The translations under genes and the position numbers were made by a program. DNA of 38,369 nt from IMG/VR virus record IMGVR_UViG_3300020161_000089, positions 1 through 38,369 of that record. The stretch is one strand, 5' to 3'. Shown one piece after another: positions 1 to 6,944 of this stretch. Under the pieces are notes generated by a model. The model had not been told where the DNA came from. It saw only the letters and a program-made list of their open reading frames with translations, and made no database searches. The DNA is from a virus. Lineage: Duplodnaviria; Caudoviricetes. Each line of letters starts with the position of its first letter. The first letter of the stretch is position 1.

Positions 1-99
1 ATTAATCGCATTACACTCTGTCAGCATTGTCGTAAGGCTTTTATTATAAACGAAGAAGGCAACGAATCTGAATGTGACGGCTGTATTGCGGAAACAGAG
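1..99. repeat. 99-bp terminal direct repeat, left copy (circular assembly overlap)
   Basis: Identical to 38271-38369. Confidence 0.97.
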
Positions 100-159
100 A
101 TAACACATCAACTTATTGACGATGGCGACTTAATAGGGATTAACTATGACTGTCCATAA
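1..159 (+). CDS. 3' part of a junction-spanning 57-aa protein with two CxxC motifs (starts at ATG 38256)
   Basis: Joining the ends gives MKTSFINRITLCQHCRKAFIINEEGNESECDGCIAETE...YDCP*, stop 157-159; start overlaps the stop of 38044..38259 (ATGA). Confidence 0.65.
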   Translation: MNRITLCQHCRKAFIINEEGNESECDGCIAETEITHQLIDDGDLIGINYDCP

Positions 160-334
160 ACTATTCTTAATGCAAGACTACTTTGAACACATGGTAGGCA
201 AGACTATTGAAGAGGTAGCTATCTTTGATGGTGAGCTAGTGATATTCCTAGATGACAAGTCAGAGGTATGTATCTACGAAGGTGAATATGGTTTAACCAT
301 GCAGATTAACGAACGACCAGAATTGGATGACTAA
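146..334 (+). CDS. hypothetical acidic protein
   Basis: 62-aa ORF overlapping neighbours in operon fashion. Confidence 0.6.
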   Translation: MTVHKLFLMQDYFEHMVGKTIEEVAIFDGELVIFLDDKSEVCIYEGEYGLTMQINERPELDD

Positions 335-821
335 TATGTTTACACTTCTCACAACACTTGTATCATTCTTAACAGGCGGTGTGCCTAAAATACTAGACTT
401 CTTTCAGAATAAGGCTGACAATAAACATGAGCTTGCAATGGCGCAATTACAGTTTACGCAACAACTAGAATTGCAGAAAGCAGGCTTTACACTTCAGAAA
501 GATTTGGAGGAAATTAAATATGACGAGATACAGACGACAACGGCTGGCGCAGAAAGACTTGCTCTATATTCGCATGATATCGAAATCGGAAAGGGAGCGT
601 CAACGTGGGTTATTAACTTACGTGCTATGGTTCGCCCAGCTATTACTTTTGGCTTGTTTGGTCTATTGGTATTGGTAGAGATATTTGGCTTTTATTACGC
701 TATTCACACAGGCATTAGTTACAATGATGCTATGCAAAGTTTATGGTCACAAGATATGCAAACAGTATGGGCATCAATCGTAGCGTTTCATTTTGGGACT
801 AGAGCTTTTGATAAGAAATGA
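327..821 (+). CDS. holin-like membrane protein (3TM holin type)
   Basis: Hydrophobic N-terminus, coiled linker, two C-terminal hydrophobic segments (VRPAITFGLFGLLVLVEIFGF; VWASIVAFHFGTR); ATGA overlap with the endolysin. Confidence 0.65.
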   Translation: MTNMFTLLTTLVSFLTGGVPKILDFFQNKADNKHELAMAQLQFTQQLELQKAGFTLQKDLEEIKYDEIQTTTAGAERLALYSHDIEIGKGASTWVINLRAMVRPAITFGLFGLLVLVEIFGFYYAIHTGISYNDAMQSLWSQDMQTVWASIVAFHFGTRAFDKK

Positions 822-1255
822 AAGTATCTAAAGCAGGACTAGAACTAATTGCGTTTTTTGAAGGTGTCAGGCTCAAGCCGTATAGATGTCCTGCTCAACT
901 ATGGACTGTTTGTATCGGTCATCTTATTGGTGATGGCCATACTTTACCGGATAATTGGAATAGAACTTTTACACTAGAGGAAGCGTATGCAATACTGGCT
1001 AAGGATGTCGCACGATTTGAGCGAGGAGTTTCTATGTACTGTCCTGTGCCACTTACACAAGGTCAGTATGATGCTCTTGTTAGCTTCAGCTTTAATCTTG
1101 GTCTTGGCACACTTCAAAGAAGCTCACTCCGTCAAAAGGTTAATCGTGGCGATTGGGATGGCGCAAAGAAAGTTTTACTTAAATATAACAAAGCTAACGG
1201 CAAAGTGCTTAAAGGTTTAGATTTAAGACGCAAAGCCGAAGCTAGATTATTTTAG
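818..1255 (+). CDS. endolysin, GH24 phage lysozyme
   Basis: E-x8-C-x5-T catalytic triad (FEGVRLKPYRCPAQLWT), QYDALVSFSFNLG, GLDLRRKAE. Confidence 0.93.
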   Translation: MKVSKAGLELIAFFEGVRLKPYRCPAQLWTVCIGHLIGDGHTLPDNWNRTFTLEEAYAILAKDVARFERGVSMYCPVPLTQGQYDALVSFSFNLGLGTLQRSSLRQKVNRGDWDGAKKVLLKYNKANGKVLKGLDLRRKAEARLF

Positions 1256-2404
1256 CATATCACTATTGATAGTTAGTCTTGAAACCTCCCCAAATTGCTT
1301 GCTGTACGTGATAACCTTAGCATCTCTACCACTTAGCCATCCACCCCTAGCAGCGTAAGCGTCAGCAGGTGCTAAAGTACGGTGTTGTTCTACTATCATC
1401 AAGTTGTTTTCTTTAACGTCTAGGTGGTGTAAATGCCCTGTGTGAGCATAAGCATACTTAGTCCTGCCAAACATCTCACGGAACTGTCCTGCAAATACTT
1501 CACTTACATTGGTTACTCTACGTTTATGCCCATGATGAAAGAATAGCGCAGTATTGCCAAACTCATACGCATTGTATGGATTAGGACTTCTATCTACCGA
1601 TACTCTAGGCTCATTCTCATACATCACACTAAACCATTCACGCAACCATATTTGACTAACAGGATCGTGGTTAGCATCTGCCATAATAATATGTAAGTTT
1701 TGGTGTTTCTGTAACAGCATATCAATGATGGTGCGTAAGATACGGATAGATGACCTTACTAGCTTAGAGAACCGACTATCAACGTCTAGCAAGTGTTTAG
1801 ATGCTGGTGTTACTGCATCCATTCCGTCAAAGTGTAAGAAGTCTGATAGTTGAGCAAATACCGCAGTATCGGCATTGGGTGATTGTAGGATAGCTTGAGC
1901 AAACCATTTAATGATAAGTTCCTCACCTAGTTTTAAATCCCAGTCCTCGCCACATTCCTCATGCCAGGCAAGAAGGCCGAGATGGTAGTCAGTTACGACA
2001 TAGCAATTAAGTAACGTACTATTACCTAATGGTGGTGGCATCATCATAGATACTTTAGGTATCTCTTCTTTCATTGCCTCCACAGCTTCAAGTAATAACT
2101 CTTGGAACTTACTATCATCTAGCCTAGTCTTTACCCACTGCCCACTAGCCTTGCCTTCTTTATCGTAATAGGTAGATACACCTCTAACTACAAACGGCTC
2201 TGGTGCTACTCTAGTCATATCATGTGATGGTGAATAACCACTTGACGCTGCCTTACTTTTTAATAAACGAATAGCAGCATCTACTACACTTGATTGCACG
2301 TTATAAAACTTTGCTGCCTGTCTATTTGAACCTAGCTCACAAGATTTAGTGTAATACTCCCACTGTCGGATTGTTGCGTATTGCTGTAAAGTTTCATCTA
2401 ACAT
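1247..2404 (-). CDS. calcineurin-like metallophosphoesterase with N-terminal HTH-like segment
   Basis: Metal motifs TDYH, SDFLH, ANHD, HHGH, GHLHH in canonical order. Confidence 0.75.
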   Translation of the reverse strand: MLDETLQQYATIRQWEYYTKSCELGSNRQAAKFYNVQSSVVDAAIRLLKSKAASSGYSPSHDMTRVAPEPFVVRGVSTYYDKEGKASGQWVKTRLDDSKFQELLLEAVEAMKEEIPKVSMMMPPPLGNSTLLNCYVVTDYHLGLLAWHEECGEDWDLKLGEELIIKWFAQAILQSPNADTAVFAQLSDFLHFDGMDAVTPASKHLLDVDSRFSKLVRSSIRILRTIIDMLLQKHQNLHIIMADANHDPVSQIWLREWFSVMYENEPRVSVDRSPNPYNAYEFGNTALFFHHGHKRRVTNVSEVFAGQFREMFGRTKYAYAHTGHLHHLDVKENNLMIVEQHRTLAPADAYAARGGWLSGRDAKVITYSKQFGEVSRLTINSDMLK

Positions 2405-2414
2405 TTCTTATCCT

Positions 2415-2519
2415 TTATAGTGTTGAGAAGTATTCAACAAACAAACCATAAATTCCGTAAATTACGCTACAAGTACATACCGCTAATACAAACGATACTA
2501 TAATTCCTTGTATATTCAT
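2415..2519 (-). CDS. 34-aa single-TM micro-protein
   Basis: Manual translation MNIQGIIVSFVLAVCTCSVIYGIYGLFVEYFSTL*; ATGA coupling to 2516..2800. Confidence 0.5.
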   Translation of the reverse strand: MNIQGIIVSFVLAVCTCSVIYGIYGLFVEYFSTL

Positions 2520-2800
2520 AGTGTTGGCTTACTAGAACACGCTGTATAGACACCTTCCCATATCTTAATGGCATTTAAGTCGGGATTAGCATATAGATAA
2601 CCCACCCATCCTAGCGCATATTCAATCTCTTTATCTTTGCCCATAGTGCGGATAAGCTCATCTTTAACCTCTTTCTCGGTCTTGCCAGTATCTCTGAAGC
2701 GGTAAGTGATAATCTTTGCAAAGTTAGCCCACTCGTCACAAGGTGTTTCTGCATGAGCAGTTAAAGATACTGATAATAGTAGTGCTGCAATTAATTTCAT
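2516..2800 (-). CDS. exported protein with signal peptide
   Basis: MKLIAALLLSVSLTAHA|E Sec signal with AxA site; two Cys; RBS AAGGGAG. Confidence 0.7.
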   Translation of the reverse strand: MKLIAALLLSVSLTAHAETPCDEWANFAKIITYRFRDTGKTEKEVKDELIRTMGKDKEIEYALGWVGYLYANPDLNAIKIWEGVYTACSSKPTL

Positions 2801-2823
2801 TTTAATACTCCCTTTAGGTAATA

Positions 2824-2841
2824 AATGTAAAGCAAACTTTA
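2824..2841. repeat. 18-bp direct repeat copy 1 (AATGTAAAGCAAACTTTA)
   Basis: Identical to 3379-3396; the pair brackets 2839..3366. Confidence 0.85.
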
Positions 2842-3366
2842 AATACTATCTAACGCTATTCTAATTTTCAATAATTCCAAAAGTTTTAGTACCATTCCTA
2901 TCTGTGCGGTATCTTTGCCACTTTCAATATCACTAATAAATCTCAATCCACTTCCTAGTATTTGACTGACTTGTATTTGTGTTAAGTTTCTATGCTTTCT
3001 GTGTTTTTTAATTAACTTCCCAAGCTCAGACATTGAACTAAATAGCGTCAATTCACTCTGGTCAAATGCTATTCCAAAAGTATCGTTGTTAATTATTTTC
3101 TCTACATATTCCATTGCCACACTTGGTTTTATTTCAAAAAACTCTTTATTTGGGCGAGTTCTATATTTTTTTAATTTATCATGGATTAAACTTTCTACTT
3201 TATGGGCATCTTTTACTTTATATGATTGATATATTTCAAATTTCTCAGCTACTCCTGTTGCAGTATTTATTTCACTTAATCTTTGCTCAACCGTATTTTC
3301 AGTAAAGCCTATTTTTACAAGACCGTGTAATCTTTTATTAACTAATAAATATATATACCCATCCAT
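2839..3366 (-). CDS. T5orf172-type GIY-YIG domain fused to XRE/HipB-like HTH
   Basis: GYIY..VKIGFT..RLSEI..VESLIH..KEFF N-terminal; LGKLIKKHRKHRNLTQIQVSQILGSGLRFISDIESGK C-terminal; very AT-rich. Confidence 0.8.
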   Translation of the reverse strand: MDGYIYLLVNKRLHGLVKIGFTENTVEQRLSEINTATGVAEKFEIYQSYKVKDAHKVESLIHDKLKKYRTRPNKEFFEIKPSVAMEYVEKIINNDTFGIAFDQSELTLFSSMSELGKLIKKHRKHRNLTQIQVSQILGSGLRFISDIESGKDTAQIGMVLKLLELLKIRIALDSI

Positions 3367-3378
3367 TTAATATCTCCT

Positions 3379-3396
3379 AATGTAAAGCAAACTTTA
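3379..3396. repeat. 18-bp direct repeat copy 2, containing palindrome GTAAAG-N4-CTTTAC (3382-3397)
   Basis: Direct comparison with 2824-2841. Confidence 0.85.
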
Positions 3397-3412
3397 CTTT
3401 TTACTGCTTTTG

Positions 3413-3583
3413 TTACTTATCGGTAACACTATATTCTTCTTTCATTGACTCAATGCCACGCATAAGCAAAACCTCAAAACCTAACTGCATTAAGTACATT
3501 TTGCCTTCTTCATCTATGTCTAGCTCTGCAATACCGCTACCATCTGGATGGTCTTTAATGTCACCTATCAATTCTATTTTCAT
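3413..3583 (-). CDS. hypothetical 56-aa protein
   Basis: Manual translation MKIELIGDIKDHPDGSGIAELDIDEEGKMYLMQLGFEVLLMRGIESMKEEYSVTDK*; RBS GGGGA. Confidence 0.6.
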   Translation of the reverse strand: MKIELIGDIKDHPDGSGIAELDIDEEGKMYLMQLGFEVLLMRGIESMKEEYSVTDK

Positions 3584-3734
3584 GTTATCCCCATATCTAA
3601 ACTATTAATTTTGTTTTGCGTGTAATATTTCGTGTATTTTTCTACACAAACTTTTTTGTGTTGCATATATTCTGTTCAACTTCTTAAAATGTTCATGTAA
3701 CGTGAACTATCTGGAATTTCCGAACAGTTCGTTT

Positions 3735-3870
3735 TAAATACCTACTCCATAACCCCTGAGAATCCCCAGAAGCTACAGGCTAGATACTTACTACAGATTT
3801 GAACTTGTAGAGGCATGACCTTCCACATTAAATATCTAACTACCTTGCAAGGATTCTTTACATCCGCCAA
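3735..3870 (-). ncRNA. putative structured RNA (long G-U-rich hairpin plus T-loop-like hairpin)
   Basis: 3735-3790: 26-position stem with 24 pairs, 8 of them G-U, which only pair on the minus strand; CTACAAG-TTCAAAT-CTGTAG next to it. Confidence 0.45.
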
Positions 3871-3884
3871 ATTGTTAATCAGAC

Positions 3885-4109
3885 TTACAAACTGTCATCT
3901 TTATCCGCTTGATATTGTTTATCCGCTTGGTAATGTTTATCTTCTTCTACGGCTATTTGTAAATCAACCAGTAACCTATCCCATATCACTTGCTTAAAGT
4001 CATCTTGGTAGTCGTGCCATGCTTTCATATAAGCATAGTCAGGGCGAAAGCCGTAGGCATCTTTGTAAAAATCTGATAACAGTTCAGAGTCAAATGTATA
4101 AGCCATCAT
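3885..4109 (-). CDS. hypothetical protein
   Basis: 74-aa ORF, SDFYKDAYGFRP motif typical of small phage proteins. Confidence 0.7.
   Translation of the reverse strand: MMAYTFDSELLSDFYKDAYGFRPDYAYMKAWHDYQDDFKQVIWDRLLVDLQIAVEEDKHYQADKQYQADKDDSL
3900..3941. repeat. 18-bp tandem repeat, 2.3 copies (codes HYQADK/QYQADK)
   Basis: tttatccgcttgatattg tttatccgcttggtaatg tttatc. Confidence 0.8.
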
Positions 4110-4180
4110 TCACTCCAAAGCGTTTCTAAAATTAAGTAGGCTATTATTAAGCCAGCAAGTAAACCTAAAATATCAATCAT
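4106..4180 (-). CDS. 24-aa single-TM micro-protein
   Basis: MIDILGLLAGLIIAYLILETLWSE*; more plausible than the 63-aa track call because 4173..4340 occupies the upstream DNA. Confidence 0.45.
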   Translation of the reverse strand: MIDILGLLAGLIIAYLILETLWSE

Positions 4181-4340
4181 CTTCGCCTTCCTTATAGTGT
4201 TTCTTCCAGTAAGGTTCTTCCTTTTCAGGTTGCTTTTTCTTACGAAAGATATTGTCATAATTATTGGCATACTTTTCTTGCTGCTCTTTAGTGCCAAGTT
4301 TAGTTCTTAATGGATCACCGGTAATAGGATTGCTAGACAT
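4173..4340 (-). CDS. hypothetical 55-aa protein
   Basis: MSSNPITGDPLRTKLGTKEQQEKYANNYDNIFRKKK...; strong RBS TGGAGG. Confidence 0.65.
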   Translation of the reverse strand: MSSNPITGDPLRTKLGTKEQQEKYANNYDNIFRKKKQPEKEEPYWKKHYKEGEDD

Positions 4341-4350
4341 AATGCCTCCA

Positions 4351-4734
4351 TCAAAATGGGATTGAGCTTTCTAAGTCATCAAATGGGTCAGCTTCAGGTT
4401 TAGCCTTTTGCTTAATTGAACCATCTTGTTTGCCCCCTAATAGAGTTACATCTTGCACACGACACTCTAAGCTTGTTTTTTCTACTCCATCCTTTGTTGT
4501 ATATGGACGCAAGTTAATCTCGCCTGTAATGCCTATTTGTGTGCCTTTTAAAAGCATTGGCGCAAGTATTTCTGCACGTTTACCCCATAAATTACAGTTT
4601 AACCATGTTGTAGTTTGTTTTTCACCATAACCAGCAGTAAGCGATACTGAAAAGTTACAGATAGCGTCACCATTTGCTGTGTGTTTTAGTGTTGAGTCTT
4701 GACCCAGACGGCCAGTAGCTGCTAATAAATTCAT
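4351..4734 (-). CDS. ssb: single-stranded DNA-binding protein
   Basis: GRLGQD, TTWLNCNLWGKRAE, acidic tail ending IPF. Confidence 0.93.
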   Translation of the reverse strand: MNLLAATGRLGQDSTLKHTANGDAICNFSVSLTAGYGEKQTTTWLNCNLWGKRAEILAPMLLKGTQIGITGEINLRPYTTKDGVEKTSLECRVQDVTLLGGKQDGSIKQKAKPEADPFDDLESSIPF

Positions 4735-5342
4735 TTTAGTTCCTTTAATTGTTTAGTTAAGTCTGATACTTCTGTTAAAAATAATTGTACTGCCTTTTCT
4801 GTTTCAGCGATATATTCATCATCACGCTCAACACGCACAACAAATAACGCTAGGTTGTCACCAACTGTTGGGCAATAACTTACAAAGTCACACCATTTAG
4901 TATCTGCACAACAAGCCATCTGCCACTGCATTTGGGCGATATACTTAGTCGGTGCTTTACCTGATAGCAAAGTTTCAACATGATTGGCTGCCGTTGGGCA
5001 TTTAATCTCTACCAAGCCATCAAGTCCTACTAAACCATCTGGACTAGCACCTGACATTTCAATACTAGGATGGTCAACAAAGCCTATCTCTGTTACGGTA
5101 ATGCCTGTCTTAAACTCATACGCTGCTCGTGCTAAAGGTTCTAGCTCAATACCTCGTTCCATGTGTGAGTTAGTAAATCCTTCTTCACGTTGACCTGTTA
5201 GACGCTGACATACCAATTCCATACGGTAATTCTTACGGCTGGCAGACTCACCTGTCTTAATAGTAGCTAGTACATCAGCAACACGGCTTGCAGTTACCCG
5301 ACCGAGCCTACGCTCTATCCATTCTTGTGATCCTTGTTCCAT
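4731..5342 (-). CDS. YqaJ/lambda-type exonuclease
   Basis: QGSQEW..R.GRVTAS, MERGIELEP, GASPDGLV, EIKCP, YIAQMQWQM. Confidence 0.92.
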   Translation of the reverse strand: MEQGSQEWIERRLGRVTASRVADVLATIKTGESASRKNYRMELVCQRLTGQREEGFTNSHMERGIELEPLARAAYEFKTGITVTEIGFVDHPSIEMSGASPDGLVGLDGLVEIKCPTAANHVETLLSGKAPTKYIAQMQWQMACCADTKWCDFVSYCPTVGDNLALFVVRVERDDEYIAETEKAVQLFLTEVSDLTKQLKELK

Positions 5343-5479
5343 TATCTTATCCTCGGTAAAGGTTTAGCTAATAAATACTTATGACCCATTGCTTTAATAG
5401 CCTTAGCAATCTTGGCATCACGGTCTGAACGCTCTTTAGCTGTTGGTGGTGTTAAGCCATATAGTGAGTTAATAATCAT
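5342..5479 (-). CDS. hypothetical 45-aa basic protein
   Basis: MIINSLYGLTPPTAKERSDRDAKIAKAIKAMGHKYLLAKPLPRIR*; fills the gap with ATGA/TAATG coupling. Confidence 0.55.
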   Translation of the reverse strand: MIINSLYGLTPPTAKERSDRDAKIAKAIKAMGHKYLLAKPLPRIR

Positions 5480-6039
5480 TTTGTCATTCCTTCAAATAAT
5501 GCTTTCATTTCGTCTTTAGCAACTGTAATAGGTGCGGTGTAAGCTGGATTAGATTTAACCTGGTTGCGAGCAGTTATAAATAAACTTTGCAACTCGGCCA
5601 TTGTCTTAGCACTTCGTATCATATTGACGTAAAACTGTACTGGTTCAAGTTTAACAGGTTCATCACGGCCAGTAACAGCTTCTAGTGCGTCATGCTCTAC
5701 TATCTCCATCGCTGTAACCCATAAATATCTGCGTTGATATGTTTCTACTGCACCGATATTTTGCACCTCGTGGCAACCTTTTAATGCTGCGCTACCCATC
5801 GGGCTAGTAATAACGATTTGCGAGTTATCATCAATGTCGGTAATAGTTAATGTAGCCAGTTCACTTGCAAAACTTACTACACCACATAACCCTGCTTTAT
5901 TAAAAATGTTATTGATAGTAGGCAAGAAGTCACCTAACTCAAAGTATTTGTAACCAGCAAACTTGTTATTGCCTGACTTTGCTAACTTGCTATTTTGCAA
6001 CTCTATTCGAGCTTCATTTAATTTTTTATGTACGGACAT
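5476..6039 (-). CDS. ERF-family ssDNA annealing protein
   Basis: KSGNNKFAGYKYFELGDFLP, QNIGAVETYQRRYL; beside exonuclease and SSB; ATG 6039 preferred over 6048. Confidence 0.8.
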   Translation of the reverse strand: MSVHKKLNEARIELQNSKLAKSGNNKFAGYKYFELGDFLPTINNIFNKAGLCGVVSFASELATLTITDIDDNSQIVITSPMGSAALKGCHEVQNIGAVETYQRRYLWVTAMEIVEHDALEAVTGRDEPVKLEPVQFYVNMIRSAKTMAELQSLFITARNQVKSNPAYTAPITVAKDEMKALFEGMTK

Positions 6040-6178
6040 ATTCTTCACCTTTTGCTAATTCATCTAAGTATTCGTCAATCTGTTTTCTAGCGCATTCATA
6101 TAACCATTGGTCATATTCTGCCATCTCTATTAGTTCTCTATCGTCACCGTAATCTGGTATGTAATAATCATTAGCCAA
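6026..6178 (-). CDS. hypothetical acidic 50-aa protein (TTG start)
   Basis: GGAG RBS then TTG GCT AAT GAT TAT...; open to TAA at 6026. Confidence 0.45.
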   Translation of the reverse strand: MANDYYIPDYGDDRELIEMAEYDQWLYECARKQIDEYLDELAKGEEYVRT

Positions 6179-6179
6179 T

Positions 6180-6299
6180 TTAAGCTCCAATCAATAAGTA
6201 AAGAAAGGCTGACATTAAGATAACTGCTATAAAGCAGAAGCTAATCACGATGCACTCATAGGTGTCATCTTTAACTACGCTGTTTTTATAATCAGTCAT
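6180..6299 (-). CDS. 39-aa single-TM micro-protein
   Basis: MTDYKNSVVKDDTYECIVISFCFIAVILMSAFLYLLIGA*. Confidence 0.5.
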   Translation of the reverse strand: MTDYKNSVVKDDTYECIVISFCFIAVILMSAFLYLLIGA

Positions 6300-6609
6300 T
6301 TGACCACCCCATAGCTTTATTTTCTTCAGCTAAGGCTACTGCATTGGCTGCGTTTTGTTCTGGTGTGAATTGGCTTAATACTTCAAGCATTCTACGGTCT
6401 GTTAATAAGCTATTAAGGCTTTTCTTAACATCGTTAATTGATTGTGCATCTAAGGTAGGAAGCAAGTTAATAATATCAGTAGCTTGCTCTAGTGCGACAA
6501 GTTCAATATCTTGATATGCTTTTGGTTCGTCAGCATAATAATAGACATCAAATCTTTTGCCTCTGAGTAATTCGTTTTGGCTGTAAACCTTTACTGTATC
6601 TAGTTTCAT
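6292..6609 (-). CDS. hypothetical protein, first gene of leftward operon
   Basis: 105-aa ORF with RBS GGAGA. Confidence 0.7.
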   Translation of the reverse strand: MKLDTVKVYSQNELLRGKRFDVYYYADEPKAYQDIELVALEQATDIINLLPTLDAQSINDVKKSLNSLLTDRRMLEVLSQFTPEQNAANAVALAEENKAMGWSND

Positions 6610-6659
6610 TTTGTATCTCCACCGTTTCTATTAAGTTGAATTTTCTCAACCACAACTGA

Positions 6660-6688
6660 ATATTAAAGACATTGAATAACCGTGTCAA
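6660..6688 (-). promoter_or_regulatory. leftward sigma70 promoter (pL-like)
   Basis: TTGACA-17-TAATAT on minus strand. Confidence 0.75.
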
Positions 6689-6705
6689 GCATTATTTTAA
6701 ATATA

Positions 6706-6734
6706 TTGCAAAATAAATTAAATAAGAATACAAT
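6706..6734 (+). promoter_or_regulatory. rightward sigma70 promoter (pR-like)
   Basis: TTGCAA-17-TACAAT. Confidence 0.7.
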
Positions 6735-6764
6735 GCAATTACTGAAACAACTAAAGGAACAAAA

Positions 6765-6944
6765 ATGGAAACTAATCTACAATTTGTAAAACGTAAGCTG
6801 AGCGACCCGAAGCTAAACATTAATGCGCTGGCCAAAGAACTAGGCATTAATCGTTATCGCTTAGATAAGATAGCATCGGGCGGTCATGTTTCGTCTATGT
6901 TAATTGAGTCTTTATATTTATACTTTAAGGATGGCCAAGAATGA
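6765..6944 (+). CDS. Cro-like HTH protein (59 aa, below ORF-track cutoff)
   Basis: METNLQFVKRKLSDPKLNINALAKELGINRYRLDKIASGG...; RBS AAAGGA; first gene after pR-like promoter. Confidence 0.7.
   Translation: METNLQFVKRKLSDPKLNINALAKELGINRYRLDKIASGGHVSSMLIESLYLYFKDGQE

Noticed and set aside
1-99. Biological terminal repeat (T7-like)
   Set aside because: The exact 99-nt overlap matches a common assembler k-mer, falls mid-ORF, and the terminase is headful type
3790-3870. Suppressor tRNA that could read the scaffold TAG
   Set aside because: A T-loop-like arm and a TTA triplet are present on the minus strand, but I cannot build an acceptor stem, a proper anticodon stem or a CCA end; tRNAscan-SE/ARAGORN would settle it
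3900-3941. CRISPR-like or HipB-operator-like TTATCCGCTT repeats
   Set aside because: Only 2.3 adjacent in-frame 18-bp units with no spacers and no second operator half-site; this is a simple coding duplication
4106-4297. 63-aa track ORF as called
   Set aside because: Its 5' part overlaps a better ORF (4173..4340) with a strong RBS; only the last 24 codons look real
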